64,000 nucleotides of DNA. It comes from a virus (lineage: Duplodnaviria > Caudoviricetes). The notes below the pieces were generated by a model that had not been told where the DNA came from, ran no database searches, and was given only the letters and a program-made list of their open reading frames with translations. The DNA is taken from the IMG/VR virus record IMGVR_UViG_2061766007_002263. One strand, written 5' to 3'. The position numbers were made by a program, and so were the translations under genes. This document shows, piece after piece, positions 9,916 through 20,130 of this stretch. Every line of letters starts with the position of its first letter. The first letter of the stretch is position 1.

Positions 9916-10203
9916 TTATAATGTTGTGGATGCGTTATCCTTTACAAATTCCCATTCCGTGTACATTTCGGACAAGTCTTTTAAAGGAAAGAAATTGTCA
10001 TAACCACAATCGAAAAGGTCTACCGCTTCATCCTTGTCATCCCCTTGAAAACGAAAACCCCATTCGCCTTCATTAAACTCTATAGTGGCAGAAAGTTCGG
10101 TATCTCCGTCACTCAAGGAAACATGGTCGCCATTCAAACAAGCATTACCATCATTGTCTTTCGGCAAACTGTCAAGCAGTTTCTTCTCGTCAAAGTTTAT
10201 CAT
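9916..10203 (-). CDS. hypothetical protein, paralogue of 11305..11595
   Basis: start MINFDEK at an ATGA overlap; shares SLPxDxDGxxCxxGDxV. Confidence 0.72.
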   Translation of the reverse strand: MINFDEKKLLDSLPKDNDGNACLNGDHVSLSDGDTELSATIEFNEGEWGFRFQGDDKDEAVDLFDCGYDNFFPLKDLSEMYTEWEFVKDNASTTL

Positions 10204-10415
10204 AGTCCTAAATCCTTCTTTACTTCTTCTATAAGGTCGTTGAAGTTTCGTACTGCGTCTTTTTTTCCTCTGGTCTGAAACCAAACGTTTCCATTAACAG
10301 TTCCTTCAAACCAATTTTTTTCTGTAGTCGGTTTAAGTCTCAACATTACCGAGCCTTTCGGTCCGTGAATGTATTGATTCCAACCTTTGCCATTCATAAG
10401 TGCTTTTGTTTCCAT
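10200..10415 (-). CDS. hypothetical protein
   Basis: RBS; motif 10446. Confidence 0.72.
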   Translation of the reverse strand: METKALMNGKGWNQYIHGPKGSVMLRLKPTTEKNWFEGTVNGNVWFQTRGKKDAVRNFNDLIEEVKKDLGL

Positions 10416-10633
10416 GAATGTTATTCCCCTTTTATGTCCTATAGATTATTCTGTTTTAAATACACTATCCTTCAAAAAGTGTTTTGATTATTTTCCGAAA
10501 ATATCCCTTTCGCTCAAAAAGCGTGTCTCTCGCTATTATATATAAGCATTTTTTAGAAATATAAAATTATTATGATTTTAATGAAAAAAAATACTGATAA
10601 AGCCATAAAAAAACCTTACCAGTATTCCAATTT

Positions 10634-11176
10634 TTATGCTAATTTTGCAACCCTTTCTTCAAGTTCAGTGTGTTCTTTTTCAAGATGATACTTCACAAGG
10701 TTTCTTGCAAGTCTATTCCATCCCTTGCCGTCAGATTCCAACGCACATTTTAAGCCGTCATAAAGTTCATTTATGGTTTCGTCACAAGTTATTGAAACCT
10801 TGAGTCCTTTATTTACGTATTCGTATCTCCCAATCCATTCAACGATAGTCGGAACAACTAAATCCGTCTTATAATAATTCGTCCTATAATAAAGCGTATC
10901 ATCTTCTGGATTATAAAGAAATGAGTTGAACCTAATACCTACTTCACGATTTTCTTCTTTTGTTGTATTAAAGTACAACCGTGGTCCGGGTATTGATGAG
11001 TTTTGTGAATCCACAAATGACACGTAATCTTTCATGAAGTTATAGACTTCACTCATAATCGTTGAAAGTCTGTCGCCCATTTCATAGATTTCACGGTCAC
11101 GCTTTGCAACCAAGTCGGCAATCTTGAGCTTAAGTTCGTCATTGTGTTTTTTCAATTCGTCAAGTTCTTTGTCCAT
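10634..11176 (-). CDS. hypothetical protein
   Basis: RBS; motif 11206. Confidence 0.8.
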   Translation of the reverse strand: MDKELDELKKHNDELKLKIADLVAKRDREIYEMGDRLSTIMSEVYNFMKDYVSFVDSQNSSIPGPRLYFNTTKEENREVGIRFNSFLYNPEDDTLYYRTNYYKTDLVVPTIVEWIGRYEYVNKGLKVSITCDETINELYDGLKCALESDGKGWNRLARNLVKYHLEKEHTELEERVAKLA

Positions 11177-11304
11177 TGTATAGTCACCCCTTTACAATCT
11201 ATAAATTATTCTGTTCTGAACAATTTATCCTTTAAGAGTTCTTTTTGCCCTTTTCAATTCTCAAATTATAACCATAAGGGGGGAAATTACCCCCTATAAG
11301 TTAC

Positions 11305-11595
11305 TTAATCCTGATAGAACTCCCAATCCCCAAAGTATACGTCAATGAATGTTCCGTAACTCAGAATTCTTTCACCATGAAAAAACTTGTCTGCTTTATC
11401 GAAATCTTCCTTATCAATGACAAATGCCCAGTTCATGTAGTCGTCTACATCAAGAGTAGCATGAATTATGGTGTTATCTTGCTTGCGAACAATCTGAACC
11501 TTGTCACCACTGAAACATCCGTATCCGTCTGCGTCATGCGGTAAACTCTTTTCAAGTTTTTCATTGAGAGTAGCCAAATCCACTTCTAACCACAT
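11305..11595 (-). CDS. hypothetical protein, paralogue of 9916..10203
   Basis: RBS; motif 11625. Confidence 0.76.
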   Translation of the reverse strand: MWLEVDLATLNEKLEKSLPHDADGYGCFSGDKVQIVRKQDNTIIHATLDVDDYMNWAFVIDKEDFDKADKFFHGERILSYGTFIDVYFGDWEFYQD

Positions 11596-11693
11596 AGTTT
11601 GATTCTCCTTTTACATGAGATAAATTATAATCTACTAGATTCCTTATCCCGTAGATTATCGGATTCATAGAGAATGTGTATCTCTCTTATGAA

Positions 11694-11927
11694 TTACGGA
11701 AGTTCGTATTCCTTATTGTTCTCGTCTACAACAAGAAGCCAATGTTTCGGAATATGGAACTTTTTTTGGAAGAAAGACACGTCAAAAAGTGACTTAAAGA
11801 ACGCATAGCAATTATATTCTTCTATGTCGCCACAATCACCACCATTTTCTTCCATTCTTTCCAAGAAGTATTCTCTGGTAGACTTATCAACGAACTCATT
11901 TGGTCTAAACTGAACCATAAGCATCAT
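11694..11927 (-). CDS. hypothetical protein
   Basis: RBS; motif 11956. Confidence 0.72.
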   Translation of the reverse strand: MMLMVQFRPNEFVDKSTREYFLERMEENGGDCGDIEEYNCYAFFKSLFDVSFFQKKFHIPKHWLLVVDENNKEYELP

Positions 11928-12032
11928 AGTATTTACCCCTTCACTGAATGATAAATTATAGTCTTTCTATAGTCCTATCCTGAAATAAAAAAAGCAACCG
12001 ATTCCAAAAATCGGTTGCTTAGAAAAGTTCAA

Positions 12033-12662
12033 TTAAAAAATTGTCAAGTATCCGTCTTTTTTTAAGTCGGTTACAAGTTCACGGCTTGCAAGGTTATCAA
12101 ATGATTTATTCATAAGTCGGCAATTTGTTTCACTCAAGCAAGGCTCGCCATTAAAGTTCGTTGTTTCACGCAAAAGAATGTAATTCTTTATGTTCTTGCT
12201 TGTGTAAGGTTTTTTCTGAACGCAGATATAAAAATCCGTGTTTTCCGCAACCTTTACACCATTATTCCATTCAATGTCGTAGTTTGCACGGCACTTTACA
12301 ATGTCGCCAATATTGAATTTCTTTGCGTTTGCCTTTTTATCGGCAAGGCTTTTCAACTGTTTTTCAACCCACGCTTTATCCGCATCGTTTGACGGCTTGA
12401 AGGCTTTAAGTATGCTTGACGGAACACCACTCTCATAAGGGTTGCACTGAATGTCTTTGTAGTAGAATTCGCCATTTCTTTTTGAACCCTTCATTAAAAG
12501 AACCCAATCTTCGCCCTTTGGACTTTCCATAAGATAGAAAAAGTCATTGCCCTTTTGAACAGATTTCTTAATCTTGTGATTGTATTTTGGAAACTTTGCC
12601 ATTTCGTCTGCCATACAATCTTTAAGGCTTTTAGAACCAACATAATAACTTGTCCAACCCAT
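12033..12662 (-). CDS. hypothetical protein
   Basis: 209 aa; motif 12689. Confidence 0.82.
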   Translation of the reverse strand: MGWTSYYVGSKSLKDCMADEMAKFPKYNHKIKKSVQKGNDFFYLMESPKGEDWVLLMKGSKRNGEFYYKDIQCNPYESGVPSSILKAFKPSNDADKAWVEKQLKSLADKKANAKKFNIGDIVKCRANYDIEWNNGVKVAENTDFYICVQKKPYTSKNIKNYILLRETTNFNGEPCLSETNCRLMNKSFDNLASRELVTDLKKDGYLTIF

Positions 12663-12712
12663 AGTGGAACCCCCTTATAGCAGATAGATTATAACCTTGC
12701 AGAGTATTTATC

Positions 12713-12937
12713 CTACAAAAGTTTGCGAACTTCCATCATAGCGTCTGCAATCTCGTAAGCAAATTCCGCAGATACTTTTGGATTTTCTGAATTAAAGTAT
12801 CCGTTTGAAATCAAGCCATTCAAAGCGTTCATAGCAAAAGTATCACGCAAAGTCGGTGTTTCTTTTTCTCTATCAGAGAGAAACTGTTCAACCTTTGCAA
12901 TAAAAATCTGCCCTTCTCGCATTTCCCAAACACCCAT
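12713..12937 (-). CDS. conserved small phage protein (LRDxFA...AYxxADAM type)
   Basis: recognisable phage motif; RBS GGAG. Confidence 0.75.
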   Translation of the reverse strand: MGVWEMREGQIFIAKVEQFLSDREKETPTLRDTFAMNALNGLISNGYFNSENPKVSAEFAYEIADAMMEVRKLL

Positions 12938-12941
12938 AGCG

Positions 12942-13115
12942 TTATCTCCACTGTTTTACGATTATAGCGTATTCGCTACCATCTTCTGACTGAACGACGA
13001 ATCCTTTGTCATAAGTAGCATAGCTACTATCTTCTATTCTGATAATGGAACTCAGACCTTCAAGATTCTCTGAACAAGCGTCCATTAGGGTATCAATGAT
13101 TTTTTCTTCGTCCAT
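12942..13115 (-). CDS. hypothetical protein (57 aa)
   Basis: MDEEKIIDTLMDAC...; AGGAG RBS; motif 13141. Confidence 0.7.
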   Translation of the reverse strand: MDEEKIIDTLMDACSENLEGLSSIIRIEDSSYATYDKGFVVQSEDGSEYAIIVKQWR

Positions 13116-13140
13116 TGTTTTATCTCCTATGTCTAAAAAA

Positions 13141-13812
13141 TTATAACCTTACGAAATGCCTATCCTGCAATAAAAGTAAAAGCCTTGCCAACTGACTGAC
13201 AAGGCTTATTTTGATTACAGTTTTTCTTCGATGTAACGCTTTGCGATAGAACGCAGTAAATCATCGTCAAGATTGTCAAATACCCAATCTTCGTTAATGT
13301 CGGCTTTTTTTACAAATCCGTTATCATATACCCAATCAATAGCCGCGCTTTTAAACGCAGATGAACTTTTGCTATATTTAATAGCATCAATGATACCTTC
13401 GCAAGAATCTTCGCTTACTTCGTCATAATTGATAAGGTTGATTGCACGGTCAATGACTGTTGCGTTTTCTGCCATTGCGTATTCGTTTTCGTCACCGATT
13501 TCAAATCCACTCTGCTTTGCAACCTTAATGATTTCATTGAAAGTTCCTTGTGTAATTCCGTTGTTGTGTGCGCCCATCTGCAAGTAGTCAATAACCATAG
13601 CAACTGAATTGTCGATAGTCGGTTTATTTGCGTTTACGCGTTTTTTGACAATCTGCTCGATAGAACTTGAAAGTTCTAACAAAATTTCTGACGTTTCCGT
13701 TGACGTTTCCATTGTTTAATCTCCTTATGCCAAATAAATTATAATCTTACGAAATGTCTATCCCGCAAAAGTAAAAGCCTTGCCAACTGACTGACAAGGC
13801 TTATCTCGATTA
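13141..13812. repeat. ~75-bp direct repeat (motif plus terminator) at 13141-13218 and 13739-13813
   Basis: shared TTATAAYCTTACGAAATGYCTATCC...AAGTAAAAGCCTTGCCAACTGACTGACAAGGCTTAT flanking gene 13215..13712. Confidence 0.85.
13215..13712 (-). CDS. hypothetical protein
   Basis: RBS; motif 13739. Confidence 0.8.
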   Translation of the reverse strand: METSTETSEILLELSSSIEQIVKKRVNANKPTIDNSVAMVIDYLQMGAHNNGITQGTFNEIIKVAKQSGFEIGDENEYAMAENATVIDRAINLINYDEVSEDSCEGIIDAIKYSKSSSAFKSAAIDWVYDNGFVKKADINEDWVFDNLDDDLLRSIAKRYIEEKL

Positions 13813-13867
13813 CGAATTTTCTTTACAATCCTCATAACCTTTATAGGTCTTTTCAGATAATCATTTT

Positions 13868-14386
13868 TTATGTCTTTTTCATTTTTGCGACAAGATTATA
13901 AAACTTATTGTTCTCTGGATAAGTGCAATTGAAACCTGGGGTAACAGTAATTTTTGCAAGAGCAATTATTACTTTTTTCATTAGCTCAATTTCTGATTTA
14001 AGTTCATTGGCTTCGGTGAGTTTCTTGTCTTGAACGTCAATTAAATCATTCAATGTTTCAACTGTTTTAACATTTTGTTTAACAACGTTTCTAAAACCGT
14101 TCACCTCATCAAGCAACCTTTTGTTTTCTTCTACCAACTCATTTTCCCTTTGGTTTGCCAGTTCAAGAAATTGTTTCAAATCCGGATGTTGTTCGGCAAG
14201 AAGTTCTTCGAGTTGTTTGATTTTTTTATTTTTTATTCCTTCATATAGCTCTTTTGTTGCTTCTAAGTAACCATATTGATAAGTCCTTATGTCGTGTATC
14301 TGTCTGAATGACAAGCATTGTTTTCTAAAACTTTCAGCACCTTTTTCTAAAATCTGTTCATCTGTCATTTCATTAAGTTCTTGCAC
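13868..14386 (-). CDS. coiled-coil hypothetical protein
   Basis: heptad-rich ORF; motif 14413. Confidence 0.75.
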   Translation of the reverse strand: MQELNEMTDEQILEKGAESFRKQCLSFRQIHDIRTYQYGYLEATKELYEGIKNKKIKQLEELLAEQHPDLKQFLELANQRENELVEENKRLLDEVNGFRNVVKQNVKTVETLNDLIDVQDKKLTEANELKSEIELMKKVIIALAKITVTPGFNCTYPENNKFYNLVAKMKKT

Positions 14387-14452
14387 TGTATCTTTGCCGT
14401 CCTATACCAAAATTATAACCTTGTAGGACATTTATCCTACAAGGTTTTAACA

Positions 14453-15067
14453 TTATTCCGCAGCCATACCGATTACATAGTATCTGTGGATTTCACGAAC
14501 CACTGAACCACTTTTTACAGTCTTTGGCTTAGACTTTGAGTTCTTTACGACAAGGGTAAACTTTGCCTTATCTTCTGAACCACTGACAAGAACTTTTGTC
14601 TTTTCCCACCAAGCGTCATTTCCACTGTCAATAGTGTACTTTTTTGCTTTATTGTCGGCAAGTGTCTGTGTGCTTTCAACGCCAAGTTCCTTCTTACGCA
14701 TATCATTATCGTATCCATAGATAACAAAGCGTGTCTGATAAGTCGGCTTTTTGACATTTGTAGCCTTTACCTTTTTTACAGACCAAGTTTCGTAGCCAAC
14801 TACACCCAAGTCGAAAACTTCGCTAGACCTTTTGCTCATAGCATCGAATCTGTCATTGACCATTTTCTGATACTTTTTCTGTGTACGGAAATTTTTGTAG
14901 TTTGATTCTGTGCATTTGTCAAAGACTTTGTGTGTCTTGTAAATACTTGCACAAGTATTCCAATCGCCACTATAAATGTCGTCACTGTGCGACCAAGAAC
15001 GGATTTCCGAAGAAGTCATAAACTCCTTAGCCAAGTTTACACATTTACTGATACCACAAGCACCCAT
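14453..15067 (-). CDS. hypothetical protein, paralogue of 36074..36688
   Basis: shared DIYSGDWNTC and VVREIHxYYVIG.AAE. Confidence 0.85.
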   Translation of the reverse strand: MGACGISKCVNLAKEFMTSSEIRSWSHSDDIYSGDWNTCASIYKTHKVFDKCTESNYKNFRTQKKYQKMVNDRFDAMSKRSSEVFDLGVVGYETWSVKKVKATNVKKPTYQTRFVIYGYDNDMRKKELGVESTQTLADNKAKKYTIDSGNDAWWEKTKVLVSGSEDKAKFTLVVKNSKSKPKTVKSGSVVREIHRYYVIGMAAE

Positions 15068-15157
15068 AGTTTTATCTCCTTATGTTTTAATTATTATAAC
15101 CTTGTTGGTTCTTTATCCTGAAAAAATAAAAAGGGGTGAATAACCACCCCTTGTGTT

Positions 15158-15736
15158 TTATGCGTATCTTGCAAGAGTTGCATGGATGTAATCTTCTCCG
15201 TGTACCAATTCACGGATTACATCCCAACCTTGTGTACCGATTCTATTCCAAGCCTTGTCGAGATAGAAGCCACGGAATGAATCCATAGTATCTATCATTG
15301 TGGCTATAGCTTTAAGTTTATTTCTTACCTTTGTACCGTCTAATGAACGGCAACGGCTTAGAACTTCGTCTGCAAATGGAACGCCTAAACCGTAGGCAAC
15401 AACGTCCATAGGTGAAATTTTTTCGTTGTAATCCACACCACAACACAAGTGAAGCTTGTCACGGCTCTTCTTACACATGGATTTTCCGTCTACAATAATG
15501 AAAAGGTCGATTGCCACTTTACCCTTATCGGCATCGTCACCAGACCACTCATACAAATCTGCTGTGCGAACCACGTACTTGTAATCGAACGTCAGTCCTT
15601 CTTCTTCATGGTGGTAATCCTTTTTCGTAATGTACCAAGATTCAGTGTCATAATCAAGGATGTTAAAGACTTTTTTCAAAGGCTTTGAACGAATTACCAC
15701 AGTAGACATACCACCAAACTCTAATGTTTTTGCCAT
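15158..15736 (-). CDS. hypothetical protein, paralogue of 25223..25804
   Basis: shared EEGLxFxYKYV and RGFYLDK..N.IGT.GWD. Confidence 0.85.
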   Translation of the reverse strand: MAKTLEFGGMSTVVIRSKPLKKVFNILDYDTESWYITKKDYHHEEEGLTFDYKYVVRTADLYEWSGDDADKGKVAIDLFIIVDGKSMCKKSRDKLHLCCGVDYNEKISPMDVVAYGLGVPFADEVLSRCRSLDGTKVRNKLKAIATMIDTMDSFRGFYLDKAWNRIGTQGWDVIRELVHGEDYIHATLARYA

Positions 15737-15766
15737 TGTCCTACCTCTGCTTAAAAGATTATAACC

Positions 15767-15997
15767 TTAAAGACCCAATTTTTTTCTGCAATCACGCCAA
15801 CCTTGTACATAAGCATTGTTGATTGCTAAGGCAGTAGTCTCCATAATTTCTATAAAATCATGACAACCACTTGCTCTAATAATTGTGCCATTTTTATAGA
15901 CGATTTCAATATTTTTTCCACAGCGATTGATTTTGTCAATTTCTCCTATTGGAAGCTCCACAGTTGTTCCAAAATGTTTGTATTCTACTGTTCCCAT
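15767..15997 (-). CDS. hypothetical protein
   Basis: RBS; motif 16025. Confidence 0.72.
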   Translation of the reverse strand: MGTVEYKHFGTTVELPIGEIDKINRCGKNIEIVYKNGTIIRASGCHDFIEIMETTALAINNAYVQGWRDCRKKLGL

Positions 15998-16092
15998 TGT
16001 TCTTTTCTCCCTACCTTTAAAAAATTATAACCTTGCAAGATTCTTATCCTGCAAGGTTATTTTTATGTTTGTTTAGCCATTGTTTATCAATC

Positions 16093-16392
16093 TCATTCCA
16101 AGTCACAGTTGTTGTCTACGTCAAAGTCCCAATCAACTTCTGGTCGTTCCCAATCCCATTCCCAACCGTTCTTGTCGCAAGCGTCATCAAAAGCACATTC
16201 AACAGAACCGTCAGATTCGTCTGAATAGTTTGCGGCTTTCACTTCTTCTTTTACCTTATCAAGTTTCACACCGTTAGGAACAAGAACTTGTATGTTACCA
16301 TAATTGCGCGTCATTCCATATTGGTCTTCCATGTTAATAGAAACGACATAGCGTGTATGGTCTCTTGTTACAAGTCCGTCAGTTTTTATCAT
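16093..16392 (-). CDS. acidic hypothetical protein
   Basis: ATGA overlap. Confidence 0.72.
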   Translation of the reverse strand: MIKTDGLVTRDHTRYVVSINMEDQYGMTRNYGNIQVLVPNGVKLDKVKEEVKAANYSDESDGSVECAFDDACDKNGWEWDWERPEVDWDFDVDNNCDLE

Positions 16393-16595
16393 AGTGTTCC
16401 CCCATTTTCTTCGTCAAGACCTTCTCTTTCGATTCCTTCGATTTTTTCAATGTAGAACTGACCAATCTGTGAACCGAAATCTTTCAAGTCGGTTGACTGT
16501 GCAATAAGGTCATTACCTGCATATGCGTAATATACATTTTTACCATCACAACCATGCTCACACTGAACGTTTAGCAAATCAGTAAACAAATCCAT
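16389..16595 (-). CDS. hypothetical protein
   Basis: RBS; motif 16620. Confidence 0.7.
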   Translation of the reverse strand: MDLFTDLLNVQCEHGCDGKNVYYAYAGNDLIAQSTDLKDFGSQIGQFYIEKIEGIEREGLDEENGGTL

Positions 16596-16659
16596 AGCTT
16601 TTCCCCTATGTCATTTAAATTATAACCCTACGAGGTTTTTATCCCGTAGGGCTTTTCTA

Positions 16660-17109
16660 TTAGAAGTCGAACCAAGCAATTCCGTAGTAGAAACCATACT
16701 TGACACCAACTTCGTCTGAAAGTTTTTCAATGTTTGGCAGTTTAGCGTTGATTTCATTCAAGTCGCCAATACCATCTGCAATACGCAACTGAACACCAAT
16801 CATGTAGTAGGTTTCGTCACTTGCGGTAAAGTAAATGTCTGAATTCAATTTGTATTCACTTGCAAGTCCTTCTGCAAAATTACGACCACTTTCGGAATCA
16901 ATGAAACCGTTTTCAAGCATATCTTGAACGCTTTCGCTGTTAGTATCTTCTACCAAACCTTGAATAAGGTTTTTGTGTGTGTCTTCCTTCACGAACTTTT
17001 TTGCAAGGTCAAAAATGAAGTCGTCATCAAGACCGATTCCGTACCAAGCAGTTCCCTCGCACTGACTTGACATAGGCTCTTCAAATACACTAGCAATTGT
17101 TTTTTCCAT
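16660..17109 (-). CDS. hypothetical protein
   Basis: RBS; motif 17137. Confidence 0.78.
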   Translation of the reverse strand: MEKTIASVFEEPMSSQCEGTAWYGIGLDDDFIFDLAKKFVKEDTHKNLIQGLVEDTNSESVQDMLENGFIDSESGRNFAEGLASEYKLNSDIYFTASDETYYMIGVQLRIADGIGDLNEINAKLPNIEKLSDEVGVKYGFYYGIAWFDF

Positions 17110-17177
17110 TGTTGTTATCTCCTTACTTTTAAAAAATTATAACCTTGCAGATTTTCTATCCTGCAAGGTCATTTGGT

Positions 17178-17597
17178 TTATGCGGCAAGGTCTGACATTT
17201 TCATGTATTCGTCTTTATGACTATTCCAACATTTCAAAAGATAGTCAATCGCACTTTCAATGTCATCTTCATTTTCAATGAAAAAGTCTACATCGTAGAC
17301 TTCGCCTTCTGTCGGTTCATAAGGCATAGTCCAGTCACAGTCAAAGTCACATTGCATAATGTTTTTATGCGACTGATAGGCAATCTTTGCACAAAGTTGA
17401 TAACCGTCTTTGTGGAAAGGTGTGTCATTGTCCCAACCGTTATCACCGTCATAAGTCCAACCAAGAACGATAGCAAAGTCATTCTTTTCAGTTTGACCGT
17501 CTGCAAGTAGCCAAAAGTATGTACTTTCTTTGCCGCCTTTCAAAGACTGAACGGCATTACGGAAACCGTCTTTGAACTCAGAAAGTTTTTTAATCAT
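17178..17597 (-). CDS. hypothetical protein
   Basis: RBS; motif 17622. Confidence 0.78.
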   Translation of the reverse strand: MIKKLSEFKDGFRNAVQSLKGGKESTYFWLLADGQTEKNDFAIVLGWTYDGDNGWDNDTPFHKDGYQLCAKIAYQSHKNIMQCDFDCDWTMPYEPTEGEVYDVDFFIENEDDIESAIDYLLKCWNSHKDEYMKMSDLAA

Positions 17598-17693
17598 AGT
17601 TTATCTCCTATAACTTTTACATTATAACCCTAATGTGTTTCTATCCTGACACTAACAAATAGAACTGTCACAGTAACTATCGACACACGTTTT

Positions 17694-18038
17694 CTACAAG
17701 CCCAATTCTTCGCCTTTTGCGATTTCTTTCCTACCTATCAAGATACAAAGAAACTTTTCATTTCCATCATACCCATAGGATTCCGTAGTGCAGCCTGTAT
17801 TACACAAAATTGAGTTATCGTAATCTTCGCAAGTCATCAACTTGAAATCTTTAACCTTATAGTCAAGACAATAACGGTTAAGTCTTTCCTCTTGACCTTT
17901 CTTGCAATAGCCATACCCTTGTTCGGGATTATAAGAATCACAATAATCCGTATGGAAATGGTCACCTACAAAAATTTCGATAAAGTCATAATGGTCTTTA
18001 TTTCTTTCGATAACTTCTTTTACAGTAAAAATGCCCAT
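17694..18038 (-). CDS. hypothetical protein
   Basis: start MGIF; motif 18065. Confidence 0.75.
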   Translation of the reverse strand: MGIFTVKEVIERNKDHYDFIEIFVGDHFHTDYCDSYNPEQGYGYCKKGQEERLNRYCLDYKVKDFKLMTCEDYDNSILCNTGCTTESYGYDGNEKFLCILIGRKEIAKGEELGL

Positions 18039-18083
18039 AGTCAAAATTCCTTATGCTAGGATTATTATAACCCTAGCGTATTA

Positions 18084-18578
18084 TTATCCTGCATAAGATT
18101 CATCAAGGTCTTCAAGTTTTTCTGCAAGTTCGTCATAGTTCAATGTGAAGAAAGAAAATTCTCCGTCACTGTCGCTATTTTCAAAACTTGATACACCAAG
18201 TTCGTTATTGATAAACCTTACAAGTTTATCAACCAAGTAGTCTTGCATTTCTTTGTCTACATTTTTATCCGTATTGACCATGTTTTCAGTAGGAAACATA
18301 ATGCAAGCGTTGTCAAGTAATTTTGTTCCATCTACAAGAACAAAATCGGCATGACCTTCTTCGCTTGAAGTAGCATTGCAAACACCGATAAACAAATGTT
18401 CGTCAATGTCAATTCTGCGTGGAAGTTCCTTAGACCAAAAATGCTTTGCAAGAACACCGTTAAGTTTGTCCAAAACATTTTCGACCGACAAAACATCATA
18501 CATACGATAAAGTGTTTTTTTGTTTTTGTCACTGTCTTGCAGACATTCGTGTTCCAAAAATCTTTCTTTAGCGTTCAT
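18084..18578 (-). CDS. hypothetical protein, paralogue of 19129..19599
   Basis: shared EHECLQDxDKNKKTLYRMYD and FFTLNYDELAEKL. Confidence 0.85.
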   Translation of the reverse strand: MNAKERFLEHECLQDSDKNKKTLYRMYDVLSVENVLDKLNGVLAKHFWSKELPRRIDIDEHLFIGVCNATSSEEGHADFVLVDGTKLLDNACIMFPTENMVNTDKNVDKEMQDYLVDKLVRFINNELGVSSFENSDSDGEFSFFTLNYDELAEKLEDLDESYAG

Positions 18579-18590
18579 AGTTTGTACCTC

Positions 18591-18704
18591 TTAGACGTAA
18601 TCTACGGAATATTCCTTACAACCACATTTCTCACATACAAAGTTAATTGTATTGTGCAGTTCCTGAACATGGCTGCATCTTCTGCACGTATAGAATACTT
18701 TCAT
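18591..18704 (-). CDS. zinc-ribbon mini-protein (37 aa)
   Basis: MKVFYTCRRC...CEKCGC; AAGGAGG RBS; motif 18734. Confidence 0.65.
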   Translation of the reverse strand: MKVFYTCRRCSHVQELHNTINFVCEKCGCKEYSVDYV

Positions 18705-18799
18705 TTTGCTTTTTCCTCCTTATGATTTTTAAATTATAGTCTTATAGATTGCCTATCCTTAAAAAAGAAAGGCGGAGTTTTATACTCCGCCCTATAATT

Positions 18800-19075
18800 T
18801 TAAGATTTGTAATGAGCGATTGAGCCTTCGTCAATATCGAGGGTCAACCGTAGTATAGAATCATTGATTCCACGAACTACGCCAACGTCCAGAACCTGAA
18901 CATTCGGCATTGCTTCCAACTGTCTGTAAGACATCTCAACAAACTTGTCAAGATTTACGGCTTTCTCAACGTACTGGGTAGCCTTATTCTCACGTGTCCG
19001 CAAAATTGTATTGCCGACAAAATACCTTGCATTTGAATTGCTACTTATTACGGTAAGAATGTCTTTCAGTTTCAT
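18800..19075 (-). CDS. hypothetical protein
   Basis: RBS; motif 19110. Confidence 0.72.
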   Translation of the reverse strand: MKLKDILTVISSNSNARYFVGNTILRTRENKATQYVEKAVNLDKFVEMSYRQLEAMPNVQVLDVGVVRGINDSILRLTLDIDEGSIAHYKS

Positions 19076-19128
19076 AGCGTTCAGGCCCCCTTTTTCAACA
19101 GTCTTTCAATTATAACCCTAGCGTATTT

Positions 19129-19599
19129 TTATCCTGCGTGATTCGTCAAAGTTGCCAATTTTTCTGCAAGTTCATCATAGTTCAATGTGAAGAAAGCTAA
19201 ACCTGTGTATTTACTAGACAGAACGAAGCTCTTTACACCGAGTTCATTATTAACAAATTTTACAAGTTCACCAACCAGATAAATTTGCAGTTTCTCTGAA
19301 ATGTCTTGTTCTTTATCAGAACAATTCTCACAATGAAATAGAAGGCAAGCATTGTCAAGCAAGTTCGTTCCGTCTACAAGAACATAGTCAGCGTCATTAT
19401 TGTTACAACAAGCTATTGCAAAGTTATTCCTTTCAAAGTTTATTCTTTTAGGCAGTTCCTTTTTCCAGAACCGTTCCGCGAGATAGTCATTCAGCTTGCC
19501 CAAAAGGATTTCAACTGTACTGGCATCATACATACGGTAAAGTGTCTTTTTGTTTTTATCACCGTCTTGCAGACATTCATGTTCCATAAACTTTTCCAT
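19129..19599 (-). CDS. hypothetical protein, paralogue of 18084..18578
   Basis: see paralogue; motif 19627. Confidence 0.85.
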   Translation of the reverse strand: MEKFMEHECLQDGDKNKKTLYRMYDASTVEILLGKLNDYLAERFWKKELPKRINFERNNFAIACCNNNDADYVLVDGTNLLDNACLLFHCENCSDKEQDISEKLQIYLVGELVKFVNNELGVKSFVLSSKYTGLAFFTLNYDELAEKLATLTNHAG

Positions 19600-19707
19600 A
19601 GTTTTAGCCTCCTTACGCTTTAGCTATTATAATCTTGCAAAGCTGCTATCCTTAGAAAAAGGGTTGTCTGTGCCGATTTCCCTGGCAGTACTAGGAAATC
19701 TTATAGT

Positions 19708-20061
19708 TTATGCGGATTTCTCCGTTAAAGTTTCGTCTGATTTTTTAAGGAACGGCTTACATTCAATGTGTTCGGCAATTATAACTACCTTTGCCATTGT
19801 TTTTCCGGATTCTTCGTCAGTCCAACGCTCTTGTTTAAGCCTTCCAACTACACGAATACCACGACCTTTCTCTGAATGTGTTTCAAGGAACTCCGCAATT
19901 TTTCCATAAGCCTTGATGTCAAAGAATGAAGTTTCTGTGACCATCTCGCCTTCGGAAATTTTGTAATTGCGGTCTACTGCAATCGTAGCCATTACTGTGT
20001 CGTCTTTTTTTGACGTGTTTACGATACGTCCTTCCAAAATAATACTGTTAAGTCCGTTCAT
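19708..20061 (-). CDS. ssb: single-stranded DNA-binding protein (OB fold, no acidic C-terminal tail)
   Basis: LNSIILEGR, ETSFFDI, KGRGIRVVGRLKQERW, VVIIAEHIE. Confidence 0.88.
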   Translation of the reverse strand: MNGLNSIILEGRIVNTSKKDDTVMATIAVDRNYKISEGEMVTETSFFDIKAYGKIAEFLETHSEKGRGIRVVGRLKQERWTDEESGKTMAKVVIIAEHIECKPFLKKSDETLTEKSA

Positions 20062-20130
20062 GATTTTATCTCCTCTTATGCCTAGATTATTATAACCCTA
20101 CAAGATTCCTATCCTGTGAAGTTTTTTGAT

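Noticed and set aside
13758-13835. 25-aa ORF ending in Gly-stop at element 13739
   Set aside because: It runs through the terminator repeat and has a weak RBS; not counted.
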